From assembly GCA_965235115.1 (NCBI GenBank), contig OZ249436.1, positions 23,748,001-23,812,000 of the forward strand: a DNA stretch of 64,000 bases, written 5' to 3'. The notes below the pieces were generated by a model that worked only from the letters and a program-made list of their open reading frames with translations, had not been told where the DNA came from and ran no database searches. This document shows positions 37,840-51,673 of this stretch, piece after piece. Numbering within the stretch: the first letter of the stretch is position 1; each line of letters opens with the position of its first letter. This DNA comes from Laetmonice hystrix. Lineage: Eukaryota. Both the position numbers and the translations under genes were made by a program.

Positions 37840-39648
37840 ACTAGAGGTAAGATGTTGCAGGGCAACATCAGATCCCATTCACCCGTTTCTGAGGGTTAAA
37901 GGATTTATATTAACTATTTCCTATACATTGGACAAAGTGGCAAAAATATTGCTTCAATAATGTACGAAAAGTAGGTTCCATAGCTCTATTTACTTGCCTG
38001 ATAATATCACTGACATCGTTATGACATCATAGGTCACGTGACTTTAAAAATAATGCTGTGAAACGATAGAGCACATATGACTTCCTATTAGTGCTTCATA
38101 GTAACTATGGCTCTATCTTTAACCATTTACAAGTTATAGCCCTCGGAAAATAAGGTGACCCACTTATGACGTCATAGGTCACGTGACGTGAAAAATAATC
38201 CTGTATAATGAAAGAGCATATATGACTTCCTATTTGTGTTTAATAGTAACTATAGCTCTATCTTCATCCATTTAGAAGTTATAACCCTGAGAAAATCTAG
38301 GTGACCTCCTTATGACGTCATAGGTCACGTGACCTGAAAAATAAAGGTGGCAAACGAAAGGGCATATATGACTTCCTATTGGTGTTTAATAGTAACTATG
38401 GCTCTATCTTCAACCATTTACAAGTAATAGCCCTGGGAAAATATAGGTGACCTCCTTATCACGTCATAGGTCACGTGACCTGAAAAATAAAGGTGGCAAA
38501 GGAAAGGGCATACATGACTTCCCATTGGTGTCTAATAGTAACAATTGCTCTATCTTCAGCCATTTACGAGTTATAGCCCTGGGAAAATATAGGTGGCCTC
38601 TATAACCTATGGCGTCATAGGTCACGTGACCTGAAAAATAAAGGTGTATAACGAAAGAGCATATATGACTTCATATTAGTGTTTAATAGTAACTATAGCT
38701 CTATCTTCATCCATTTAGAAGTTATAACCCTGAGAAAATCTAGGTGACCTCCTTATGACGTCATAGGTCACGTGACCTGAAAAATAAAGGTGACAAACGA
38801 AGGGGCATATATGACTTCCTATTGGTGTTTAATAGTAACTATGGCTCTATCTTCAACCATTTACAAGTTATAGCCCTGGGAAAATATAGGTGGCCTCCTT
38901 ATGACGTCATAGGTCACGTGACCTGAAAAATAAAGGTGGCAAAGGAAAGGGCATACATGACTTCCTATTGGTGTTTAATAGTAACTATGGCTCTATCTTC
39001 AACCATTTACAAGTTATAGCCCTGGGAAAATATAGGTGGCCTCTTTATGACGTCATAGGTCACGTGACCTGAAAAATCAAGGTTTATAATGAAAGACCAT
39101 ATGATTTCCTATACATGTTCTATAGTAACTTTGCCTCTATCTTCCACCGTTGTCGAGTTATTGCCCTATATTGTCTTCAGACCCATTTTTCTCATCTTTG
39201 AGGTCACGTGACTAACTTAATATAGGTCAAATCGACAATTTTCTACCTCCACTTTCATGGCCCATGTAACAAGATGCTCCAGACCGAATTTCATTAAATT
39301 TCCTAAAAAATTAAAAGAGTAGACAGGAATTAACCGTTTTCTAAGGTTTGACCTATAAGCAGCAAAGGTCAAAGGTCAAATTGCATGACGCCATGTTAGG
39401 AGGGCCTTGGCCAATAATTCTGGTATATAAAGTTTTGCAAAAGTCCCAATTTCCTGTGAAAGAGAGGCCAATATATCTGGAACAGTTTTTACGTCATTAC
39501 GTCATGACGTTACGTCATATGACGTCATAACTGATTTGCATGATAGAAAATCACTATACCTATAAGCACACCAAGTTTTATTGAGATATCTTTAAAATTA
39601 ATATCAATATGGGGCATGAGTCTAACTACTACTACTACTACGTGTATA
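37840..39648 (-). mobile_element. HINE body (outermost element of the large nest; head not in window)
   Basis: Tail ACTAG-aggtaa-gatgttgcagggcaacatc-ag-atcccattcacc; 146-bp array ~38020-39160; (ACT)n then gtata|ACTAG of the next element. Confidence 0.8.
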
Positions 39649-41325
39649 ACTAGTCGCCAGGTGCCATGGGCACAGGTATCCCATTCACCTATTGAGGTTA
39701 TCATAGGTCGCGTAACCCAAAAAATATTGTGCCGAAGGAAAGATGACTTCCTTTGAGGGGCCATAACATGAAAACTATTGATTTTAGGGGAGGCATTTCG
39801 GTGTCAGAGACAGCTGACCCATTACCCAATCCAATGGTGTTAAAATAAAAAATTAGGTCAACTTGGCCGCCATCTTGGATTTTTCAAATTCGAGGAAAAT
39901 GGGTCAAGTTTTCCATCCGAACCCCAATGACGAAAACCAGACGTTGATATCTTTAACCGTTTTAGAGATATCAATGATTTTTGGTTGAAAATGATCTAAA
40001 AGGGTCAACTTTGAGGGGCCATAACATGAAAACTATTGATTTTAGGGGAGCCATCTCGGTGTCAGAGACAGCTGACTATTACCCAATCCAATGGTGTTAA
40101 AATCGGAAATTAGGTCAACTTGGCCGCCATCTTGGATTTCTCAAATTCAGGGAAAATGGGTCAAGTTTTCCATCTTAACCCCAATGGCGAAAACCAGACG
40201 TTGATATCTTTAACCGTTTTAGAGATATCAATGATTTTTGGTTGAAAATGACCTAAAAAGGGTCATGGAGCCAGATGGGGTCACGTGACAGCATTTAAAT
40301 AGGGAAATGAAAGGTGATATCAGATGTCCCATGAGTTTAGTTAGTAACAATGCACACATCTGGCTGTTTTTCCAAGTTACAGTCATCTGAAATTACCGAT
40401 GACGTCATAGAGTCAGGTAGAGCCACGTGACCTGAATAAAAATGGTGTCATTTGAAAGGCCATATATGACTTCCTATCTGTCCCCAATAGTAACTATGGG
40501 CCTATCTAGCTCTGTTTCCAAGTTACTGCTAGCTGAAAATATCGATGACGTCATAGGGTCACGTAGGGTCACGTGACCTAAATAAAAATGGTGTCATTTG
40601 AAAGGCCATACATGACTTCCTATCTGTCTTCAATAGTAACCAATGGCCTATCTGGCTCTGTTTCCAAGTTACTGCTAGCTGAAAACACTGATGACGTCAT
40701 GCAGCTATGTAGGGTCACGTGACCTAATTAAAAATGGTTTCATTTGAAAGGCCATCTATGACTTCCTATCTGTCTTCAATAGTAACTATGGGCCTATCTG
40801 GCTCTGTTTCCAAGTTATTACCACATATGTGTCATGAACATGTAAATTGACCCATCTACCAAAATTCAATGGCCCATATCTGGGTCAATATGGGTCAAAT
40901 CGAATTTCTGTTGCGTAACTTTATGAATCCGGCCATGTAGTCTCTCAGGAGTCAATTTCAACCTCATTTCCCTAAAATTCTGGCACCTGACATGATTTTG
41001 TCACATTTTGACCTTTGACCCATACCTCCAGAAGGTCAAAGGTCAGAGGTCAAACTGCCCTCCATAATTTAGCTAGTCACTTGTCCAATAATGATTATGG
41101 CAATAGTTTTTGAAAAAGTCTAATTTACAATAAAATACAGGCCTATATATCTGGAACCGTTTTTACGTCATTACGTCATGACGTTACGTCATATGACGTC
41201 ATGGGTCACACGGCCAACTCAACTTCCCAAGGCCAACCTATGTGCCAAGCTTCATTGAGATATCTTGAAAAATAATACCAATTAGGGGTACAAAGTTAAC
41301 AACTACTACTACTACTACGGGTATA
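39649..41325 (-). mobile_element. HINE body (second level; head not in window)
   Basis: Tail ACTAGtcgccaggtgccatgggcacaggtATCCCATTCACC; two 258-bp and several 146-bp units; (ACT)n then gtata|ACTAG. Confidence 0.8.
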
Positions 41326-41434
41326 ACTAGTGGTAACGTGCCCTGGGCACAGGTATCCCATTCACGTATTGAGGTAATCATAGGTCACGTGACCCAAAAA
41401 ATATAGTTCCAAAGGAAAGATGACTTCCTATTAA

Positions 41435-43590
41435 AATGGGTCAAGTTTTCCATCTTAACCCCAATGGCGAAAACCAGACATTCATATCTTTAACTGTTTT
41501 CGAGATATCAATGATTTTTGGTTGAAAATGACCTAAAAGGGCCAACTTTGAGGGGCCATAACATGAAAACTATTGATTTTAGGGGAGCCATCTCGGTGTC
41601 AGAGACAGCTGACCCATTACCCAATCCAATGGTGTTAAAATAAAAAATTAGGTCAACTTGGCCGCCATCTTGGATTTTTCAAATTCGAGGAAAATGGGTC
41701 AAGTTTTTCATCTTAACCCCAATGGCAAAAACCAGACGTTGATATCTTTAACCGTTTTCGAGATATCAATGATTTTTGGTTGAAAATGACCTAAAAGGGC
41801 CAACTTTGAGGGGCCATAACATGAAAACTATTGATTTTAGGGGAGCCATCTCAGTGTCAGAGACAGCTGACCCATTACCCAATCCAATGGTGTTAAAATC
41901 AAAAATTAGGTCAACTTGGCCGCCATCTTGGATTTTTCAAATTCGAGGAAAATGGGTCAAGTTTTCCATCTTAACCCCAATGGCGAAAAAACCAGACGTT
42001 GATATCTTTAACCGTTTTCGAGATATCACTGATTTTTGGTTGAAAATGACGTAAAAGGGCCAACTTTGAGGGGCCAAAACAATGAAAACTATTGATTTTA
42101 GGGGAGCCATCTCGGTGTCAGAGACAGCTGACCCATTACCCAATCCAATGGTGTTAAAATCAAAAATTAGGTCAACTTGGCCGCCATCTTGGATTTTTCA
42201 AATTCGAGGAAAATGGGTCAAGTTTTCCATCTTAACCCCAATGGCGAAAAAACCAGACGTTGATATCTTTAACCGTTTTCGAGATATCACTGATTTTTGG
42301 TTGAAAATGACGTAAAAGGGCCAACTTTGAGGGGCCAAAACAATGAAAACTATTGATTTTAGGGGAGCCATCTCGGTGTCAGAGACAGCTGACCCATTAC
42401 CCAATCCAATGGTGTTAAAATAAAAAATTAGGTCAACTTGGCCGCCATCTTGGATTTTTCAAATTTGAGGAAAATGGGTCAAGTTTTCCATCCTAACCCC
42501 AATGGCGAAAACCAGACGTTGATATCTTTAACCGTTTTAGAGTTATAAATGATTTTTGGTTGAAAATGACCTAAAAGGGCCAACTTTGAGGGGCCATAAC
42601 ATGAAAACTATTGATTTTAGGGGAGCCATCTCGGTGTCAGAGACAGCTCACCCATTACCCAATCCAATGGTGCTAAAATAAAAAATTAGGTCAACTTGGC
42701 CGCCATCTTGGATTTTTCAAATTCGAGGAAAATGGGTCAAGTTTTCCATCCTAACCCCAATGGCGAAAACCAGACGTTGATATCTTTAACCGTTTTAGAG
42801 GTATCAATGATTTTTGGTTGAAAATGACCTAAAAGGGCCAACTTTGAGGGGCCATAACATGAAAACTATTGACTTTAGGGAAGCCATCTCGGTGTCAGAG
42901 ACAGCTGACCCATTACCTAATCCAATGGTGTTCAAATCAAAAATTAGGTCAACTTGGCCGCCATCTTGGATTTTTCAAATTCGAGGAAAATGGGTCAAGT
43001 TTTCCATCTTAACCCCAATGGCGAAAACCAGACGTTGATATCTTTAACCGTTTTAGAGATATCACTGATTTTTGGTTGAAAATGACCTAAAAGGGCCAAC
43101 TTTGAGGGGCCATAACATGAAAACTATTGATTTTAGGGGAGCCATCTCGGTGTCAGAGACAGCTGACCCATTACCCAATCCAATGGTGTTAAAATAAAAA
43201 ATTAGGTCAACTTGGCCGCCATCTTGGATTTTTCAAATTCAAGGAAAATTGGTCAAGTTTGCCATCTTAACCCCAATGGCGAAAACCAGACGTTGATATC
43301 TTTAACCGTTTTAGAGATATCACTGATTTTTGGTTGAAAATGACCTAAAAGGGCCAACTTTGAGGGGCCATAACATGAAAACTATTGATTTTAGGGGAGC
43401 CATCTCGGTGTCAGAGACACCTGACCCATTACCCAATTCAATGGTGTTAAAATCAAAAATTAGGTCAACTTGGCCGCCATCTTGGATTTTTCAAATTCGA
43501 GGAAAAAGGGTCAAGTTTTCCATCTTAACCCCAATGGCGAAAACCAGACGTTGATATCTTTAACCGTTTTAGAGATATCAATGATTTTGG
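41435..43590. repeat. 258-261-bp tandem array (~8 units)
   Basis: gttgaaaatgacctaaaagggcc at 41521, 41779, 42039 etc.; each unit contains TGGCCGCCATCTTGG. Confidence 0.95.
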
Positions 43591-45065
43591 GTCACATAGG
43601 GTCACGTGACCTAAATAAAAATGGTGTCATTTGAAAGGCCATATATGACTTCCTATCTGTCTCCAATAGTAACTATGGGACTATCTAGCTCTGTTTCCAA
43701 GTTACTGGTAGTTGAAAACACTGATGACGTCATACGGCCATATACGGTCACGTGACCTAATTAAAAATGGTGTTATTTGAAAGGCCATATATAACTTCCT
43801 ATCTGTCCCCAATAGTAACTATGGGCCTATCTAGCTCTGTTTCCAAGTTACTGCTATCTGAAAATATCGATGACGTCATAGGGTCACGTAGGGTCACGTG
43901 ACCTAAATAAAAATGGTGTCATTTGAAAGGCCATACATGACTTCCTACCTGTCTTCAATAGTAACTAAGGGCCTATCTGGCTCTGTTTCCAAGTTACTGC
44001 TAGCTGAAAATACCGATGACGTCATAGGGTCACGTAGGGTCACGTGACCTAAATAAAAATGGTGTCATTTCAAAGGCCATACATGACTTCCTATCTGTCT
44101 TCAATAGTAACTAAGGGCCTATCTGGCTCTGTTTCCAAGTTACTGCTAGCTGAAAATACCGATGACGTCATAGGGTCACGTAGGGTCACGTGACCTAAAT
44201 AAAAATGGTGTCATTTGAAAGGCCATACATGACTTCCTATCTGTCTTCAATAGTAACTAAGGCTTTATCTGCAACCATTTACAAGTTATGACCCTTAGAA
44301 AATCTAGGTGACCTCATTATGACGTCATAGGTCACGTGACCTTAAAAATAAAGGTCTATAATGAAAGATCATATATGACTTCCTATTAGTGTTCAATAGT
44401 AACTATAGCTCTATCTTCAACCATTTACTAGTTATAGCCCTTGGAAAATATAGGTGACCTCCTTATGACGTCATAGGTCACGTGACCTGAAAAAATATAG
44501 TGCCAAACGAAAGAGGACATATGATTTCCTATAGATGTTCTATACTAACTTTAGCTCTATCTCCTATGGTTTCTGAGTTATACCACTTCATGGCATTATG
44601 ACCCAATATTCAGAAGTTTGAGGTCACGTGACTCAGTAAATATAATAAAAATCAAAAAATCCTTTAAGATTCTTAAGGGCATTACTACTGGGCATCTTTT
44701 GGTGAAAGTCTCATCCAAATCGGATAATATTTGAGTGAGGAGAAGGGATTTAAGTGATTTTCACACTTTGACCTTTATTCCATAAAGGTCAAAGGTCAAA
44801 GGTCAAATTTCATGACGCCATGTTAGCAGGGCCTTGGCCAATCATTCTGGTATATAGAGTTTTTCAAAAGTCCCAATTTCCTATAAAAGAGAGGCCAATA
44901 TATCTGGAACCGTTTTTACGTCATTACGTCATGACGTAACGTCATATGACGTCATGGGTCACATGGCCAACTCAACTTGCCATGGTCGACCTATGTGCCA
45001 AGTTTCATTGAGATATCTTGAAAAACAATACCAAAGTTAACGGAACTACTACTACTACGGGAATA

Positions 45066-47381
45066 ACTAGTGGTAACGTGCCCTGGGCACAGGTATCCCA
45101 TTCACGTATTGAGGTAATCATAGGTCACGTGACCCAAAAAATATAGTTCCAAAGGAAAGATGACTTCCTATTAGTGTTTAATAGTGACTATGGCTCTATC
45201 TTGAACCATTTACTAGTTATAGCCCTTGGAAAATATAGATGACCTCCTTGTGACGTCATAGGTCACGTGACTTAAAAAAATAAGGGTGCATAATGAAGGA
45301 GAATATTTGACTTCCTATTAGTGTTTAATAGTAACTATGGCTCTATCTTCAGCCAAGAAGTTATAACCCTTGGTAATTTGAATGACCTGATTATGACGTC
45401 ATAGGTCACGTGACCTAAATAAAAATTATGTCATTTAAAAGGCCATACATAACTTCCTATTCTGTCTTCAATGGTAACTAAGGGCCTATCTGGCTATGTT
45501 TCCAAGTTACTGCTCACTGAAAATACCGATGACGTCATAGGGTCACGTAGGGTTACGTGACCTTAATAAAAATTGTGTCATTTGAAAGGCCATATATGAC
45601 TTCCTATCTCTCTTCAATAGTAACTATGGACCTATCTGGCTGTGCTTCCAAGTTACAGCCAACTTAAAATACTGATGACGTCATAGGGCGACGTAGGGTC
45701 ACGTACGGTCACGTGACCTACTTAAAAATGGTGTCATTTGAAAGGCCATATATGACTTCCTATCCGACTTCAATAGTAACTATGGACCTATCTGGCTCAG
45801 CTTACAAGTTACAGCCATCTTAAAATACCGATGACGTCATAGGGTCACGTAGGGTCACGTGACCTAAATAAAAATGGTGTCACTTGAAAGGCCATACCTG
45901 ACTTCCTATCTGTCCTCAATAGTAACTATGGGCCTATCTGGCTCTGTTTCCAAGTTACTGCTAGCTGAAAACACTGATGACGTCATACAGCCATGTAGGG
46001 TCACGTGACCTAAATAAAAATGGTGTCATTTGAAAGGCCATATATGACTTCCTATCTGTCTCCAATAGTAACTATGGGACTATCTAGCTCTGTTTCCAAG
46101 TTACTGGTAGTTGAAAACACTGATGACGTCATACGGCCATATACGGTCACGTGACCTAATTAAAAATGGTGTTATTTGAAAGGCCATATATAACTTCCTA
46201 TCTGTCCCCAATAGTAACTATGGGCCTATCTAGCTCTGTTTCCAAGTTACTGCTATCTGAAAATATCGATGACGTCATAGGGTCACGTAGGGTCACGTGA
46301 CCTAAATAAAAATGGTGTCATTTGAAAGGCCATACATGACTTCCTATCTGTCTTCAATAGTAACTAAGGGCCTATCTGGCTCTGTTTCCAAGTTACTGCT
46401 AGCTGAAAATACCGATGACGTCATAGCGTCACGTAGGGTCACGTGACCTAAATAAAAATGGTGTCATTTGAAAGGCCATACATGACTTCCTATCTGTCTT
46501 CAATAGTAACTAAGGCTTTATCTGCAACCATTTACAAGTTATGACCCTTAGAAAATCTAGGTGACCTCATTATGACGTCATAGGTCACGTGACCTTAAAA
46601 ATAAAGGTCTATAATGAAAGATCATATATGACTTCCTATTAGTGTTCAATAGTAACTATAGCTCTATCTTCAACCATTTACTAGTTATAGCCCTTGGAAA
46701 ATATAGGTGACCTCCTTATGACGTCATAGGTCACGTGACCTGAAAAAATATAGTGCTAAACGAAAGAGGACATATGATTTCCTATAGATGTTCTATACTA
46801 ACTTTAGCTCTATCTCCTATGGTTTCTGAGTTATACCACTTCATGGCATTATGACCCAATATTCAGAAGTTTGAGGTCACGTGACTCAGTAAATATAATG
46901 AAAATCAAAAAATCCTTTCAGATTCTTAAGGGCATTACTACTGGGCATGTTTTGGTGAAAGTCTCATCCAAATCGGATAATATTTGAGTGAGGAGTAGGG
47001 ATTTAAGTGATTTTCACACTTTGACCTTTATTCCATAAAGGTCAAAGGTCAAAGGTCAAATTTCATAACGCCATGTTAGCAGGGCCTTGGCCAATCATTC
47101 TGGTATATAGAGTTTTTCAAAAGTCCCAATTTCCTATAAAAGAGAGGCCAATATATCTGGAACCGTTTTTACGTCATTACGTCATGACGTAACGTCATAT
47201 GACGTCATGGGTCATATGGTCAACTTACCTTGCCATGGCCAACCTATGTGCCAAGTTTCATTGAGATATCTTGAAAAACAATACCAAAGTTAACGGAACT
47301 ACTACTACTACGGGAATAATAAAAAGGAAGATGAAACCATACAATTTCAAAATCCCATTCCCCCAAGGGGGTGAATGGGAT
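45066..47381 (-). mobile_element. Complete HINE nested in a copy of its own family
   Basis: Tail ACTAGtggtaacgtgccctgggcacaggtATCCCATTCAC; head ending GTGAATGGGAT; ~46000-47315 is nearly identical to ~43590-45065. Confidence 0.85.
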
Positions 47382-47382
47382 A

Positions 47383-50300
47383 ACTAGTGGCCAGGTGCCA
47401 TTGGCACAGGTATCCCATTCACAGATATGATGTAAACAAATTTTGACTGGACTGGATTATGTTAGTTACTATGCTCTATGTTAAGACATCAGGCATCACG
47501 TGATTAGAACAATCGTATTGTCACGTGATAAGGCAAAAAAACAAAGTGGCCGTATCTGACCGCCATCTTGGATTTTTCACATTCAGGTCAAATGGGTTAA
47601 GTTTTCCACCCTAACCCCAATGGTGAAAACCAGACATTGATATCTTTAACCGTTTTAGAGATATCACTGATTTTTGTTTGGAAATGACCTAAAAGGGCCA
47701 ATTTTGAGGGGTCATAACATGGAAACTATAGATTTTAGGAGAGCCATCTCGGTGTCAGAGACAGCTGACCTATTACCCAATCCAATGGTGCTAAAATCAG
47801 AAATTAGGTCAACTTGGCCGCCATCTTGGATTTTTCAAATTCAGTTCATATGGGTCAAATTTTCCATCTTAACCCAATGGTGAAAACCAGACGTTGATAT
47901 CTTTAACCGTTTTAGAGATAGCAATGATTTTTGGTTAAAAATGACCTAAAAGGGTCAACTTTGAGGGGCCATAAGATGAAAACTATTGATTTTAGGAGAG
48001 CCATCTCGGTGTCAGAGACAGCTGACCCATTACCCAATCCAATGGTGTTAAAATCAAACATTAGGTCAACTTGTCCGCCATCTTGGATTTTTCAAAATCA
48101 AGGAAAATGGGTCAAGTTTTCCCTCTTAACCCCAATGGCGAAAACCAGACATTGATATCTTTAACCGTTTTCGAGATATCACTGATTTTTGGTTGAAAAT
48201 GACCTAAAAAGGGTCATGGAGCCAGATGGGGTCACGTGACAGCATTCAAATAGGGAAATGAAAGGTGATATAAGATGTCCCATGAGTTTAATTAGTAACC
48301 ATGCACACATCTGGCTCTTTTACCAAGTTACAGTCATCTGAAATTACCGATGACGTCATAGGGTCAGGTTGAGCCACGTGACCTAAATAAAAATGGTGTC
48401 ATTTGAAAGGCCATATATGACTTCCTATCTGTCCCCAATAGTAACTATGGGCCTATCTGGCTCTGTTTCCAAGTTACTGCTAGCTGAAGATATCGATGAC
48501 GTCATAGGGCCACGTAGGGTCACGTGACCTAATTAAAAATTGAGTCATTTGAAAGGCTATATATGACTTCCTATCAGTCTTCAATAGTAACTATGGGCCT
48601 ATCTGGCTCTGTTTCCAAGTTACTGCTATCTGAAAATACCGATGACGTCATAGGGTCACATAGGGTCACGTGACCTAAATAAAAATGGTGTCATTTGAAA
48701 GGCCATATATGACTTCCTATCTGCCTTCAATAGTAACTATGGGCCTATGTGGCTCTGTTTCCAAGTTACTGCCAGCTGAAAATACTGATGACGTCATACA
48801 GCCATGTAGGGTCACGTGACCTAATTAAAAATGGTGTCATTTGAAAGGCCATATATGACTTCCTATCTGTCTTCAATAGTAACTATGGCCCTATCTGGCT
48901 CTGCTTCCAAGTTACAGCCATCTTAAAATACCGATGACGTCATAGGGCCACGTAGGGTCACGTGACCTAATTAAAAATGGTGTGATTTGAAAGGCCATAT
49001 ATGACTTCCTATCTGTCCCCAATAGCGTTGTTGCGGAATGACGTCACCACGCATCTCATTACTACATTAACATAATAATGAGCGTAAGTTGCCCGGATGT
49101 TCGGACAAACTTTGGAGGGAAATGACTGCTGATAGAGTAGCCTACACTGCATCCCACTGATTTCACTAAGCGAAAACGACGTTCCTGGCGCAAAGTTTGC
49201 TCATACATCAGTCCCAGACAACAGTGTAGTCCAACTCAGGAGGTGGCTGAAGTATAGAGGGTTACCAGTTCCCGAGAGGAAGGCCGATTTGGTCAAGAGG
49301 TAGGTGAAAACTTTGACAGTCGTTCGTTTGACATGTGTCTGGGAACAAAAAAAATGAAACCCCAAAAGTGGCCTAACTCAAGAAATACAAAGATACCTAA
49401 GACAAGACACATTGTGTAAGGTGTAGTTCAGTGTACTGTGAGTAGAGATCAGCAGTTTGAAGGAAATTTAACCAGACATGGGAGTAGACCCAAGGTCGAA
49501 GGTGCTCTCGTGCAGTCGGCTCCCGTCCCGGCATCACCGGGGTGTTGACCCGTGTGACTCCGGGCCGGGAGCTGTGCAGTCCGTGGAGGTGGATGGCCAC
49601 ATCTAGTGGCACGGGAGGATGTATGATTTGGGTCTGCCGACGGGCCTTTGAGAATAACCCTTGTTTGATTTTTAAACTATTTATTTTTGTCTTTTGATAT
49701 TTTCAGATGTGAAGACTGCGAAAGATGGAGATACTTTTCGTATCGTGAACAGAGTGTATCATCCCAGCCCTAATAAAATATTATAGCCCTAAATAACTGC
49801 TTGGAATAAAATGTTATTTTTTGTGTAGACTCTAGCTGTGATGGTGTTGGCTCTTTCAGAAATAAATATTTAAAAAGTAGGCCTATTGTTTGGTGTTGGA
49901 CTTTTGAATGTTTGTTGGGCCTTGACTATATATATGATTTTATAAATATGTTTTGAGAATCTGTATAGGTATATAGGGGCATGTTGGTAGGCTGTTTCCC
50001 TGGGTTGACACTCTGGCCGGAGCCTCGGCAAGGTTGAGCCGTGACCCGGGAGGTCAACCATGCTGATGATCTTCCAGTAACGGTATATACTTGTTCTGGC
50101 GTGGCAGTAGCTGGTGCTGGGTCAGGATGTAGCTGTGTGGGACCTTTTCCCACCTACAAAGTGCTTAGAGCAGATATAAGTGTCCTTTTTAATACTTTCT
50201 ATATTAAAGGTGAAATTCTCTCGACCGTAAGCACGCGTCCATCGCCATGCTTTCTCGGCCTGCCGACTCGGCTTTGGGAATGGGATGAAAACAAAGTTTG

Positions 50301-51608
50301 TTATGTGCATAGTGTAAGTCACAACGGCACGTGCCATAGCAGCAATGCTTTGTTGTCACCATACTGTGTTAAATCCACTTTAACAGGCTATCCTGCGCTC
50401 TACTGTCCAACTTAAATGTCCATCCCATTTGTCATTCAGCCCTATGTATTATTGCCTTGCCTCAGACATTCGGACAGCGTGTTTGTCCGAAAGTAATTAC
50501 ATATTCACGCATGCGCGCTACCCCAGTTATTTTTAGTACATCGCTGCAATCCGCAACAACGCTATAGTAACTATGGGCCTATCTAGCTCTGTTTCCAAGT
50601 TACTGCTATCTGAAAATACCGATGACGTCATAGGGTCACGTAGGGTCACGTGACCTAAATAAAAATGGTATCATTTGAAAGGCCATACATGACTTCCTAT
50701 CTGTCTTCAATAGTAACTAAGGGCCTATCTGGCTCTGTTTCCAAGTTATTGCTAATTGAAAATACCGATGACGTCATAGAGTCACGTAGGGTCACGTGAC
50801 CTAAATAAAAATGGTGTCATTTGAAAGGCCATATATGACTTCCTATCTGTCTTCAATAGTAACTATGGGCCTATCTGGCTCTGTTTCCAAGTTATTGCTA
50901 ATTGAAAATACCGATGACGTCATAGAGTCACGTAGGGTCACGTGACCTAAATAAAAATGGTGTCATTTGAAAGGCCATACATGACTTCCTATCTGTCTTC
51001 AATAGTAACTATGGGCCTATGTGGCTCTGTTTCCAAGATATTGCCATGAATGTCTTAATTGACCCATTTACCAAATTTCAGGGGCTGATATTTGGGTCAA
51101 AATAGGCCAAATCAAAATTTTAGACGATAACTTTTTTAAATCCCCCCATGTAGTCTCCCTGAACTTAATTTTGACTCCAATTAACTAAAATTCTGGCGCG
51201 TGAAAAGTTTAAGTCAAATTTTGACCCATAACCTAGATCTCAAGAAGGTCAAAGGTCAAAGGTCAAATTCCAAGACGCTATGTTAGCAGGGCCTTGGCCA
51301 AAATTACTGGTATATAGAATTTTTCGAAAATCCCAATTTCCTGGAAAAGAGAGGCCAATATATCTGGAACCGTTTTTACGTCATTACGTCATGACGTTAC
51401 GTCATATGACGTCATGGGTCACATGGCCAACTCAACTTACCATGGTCGACCTATGTGCCAAGTTTCATCGAGATATATTGAAAAATAATACCAATTAGGG
51501 GTACAAAGTTAACAACTACTACTACTACATCTACGGGAATAATAATAAGGAAGATGAAACCATACAATTTCAAAATCCCATTCACCTTCTAGAGAAGGTG
51601 AATGGGAT
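47383..51608 (-). mobile_element. Complete HINE with 258-bp and 146-bp arrays, carrying an ISL2EU insertion
   Basis: Tail ACTAGtggccaggtgccattggcacaggtATCCCATTCAC; head atcccattcaccttctagagaaggtgaatgggat. Confidence 0.85.
49024..50563. mobile_element. ISL2EU-type DNA transposon deletion derivative
   Basis: TIRs AGCGTTGTTGCGGA/TCCGCAACAACGCT; 2-bp AT TSD (removal restores ccccaATagtaactatggg). - strand THAP remnant FIPFPKP...RW...GRENF...TYICSKHFVGG; + strand SAP-like exon LSENDVPGAKF...VVQLRRWLKYRGL...KADLVKR then GT. Confidence 0.85.
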
Positions 51609-51673
51609 AATAAAAAGGAAGATGAAACCATACAATTTCAAAATCCCATTCCCCCAAGGGGGTGAATGGGATA

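Larger units (their letters stand above)
41326..51672 (-). mobile_element. HINE (body 41326-45065; head displaced to ~51610-51672) enclosing two nested HINEs
   Basis: Its tail is identical to that at 45066, and the head at 51610-51672 is essentially identical to the head at 47320-47381. Confidence 0.8.

Noticed and set aside
41776..43554. Repeated ORFs MVENDLKGPTL... (also 28312, 47674, 47931)
   Set aside because: Chance translations of the 258-bp satellite; sibling units have stops and frameshifts.
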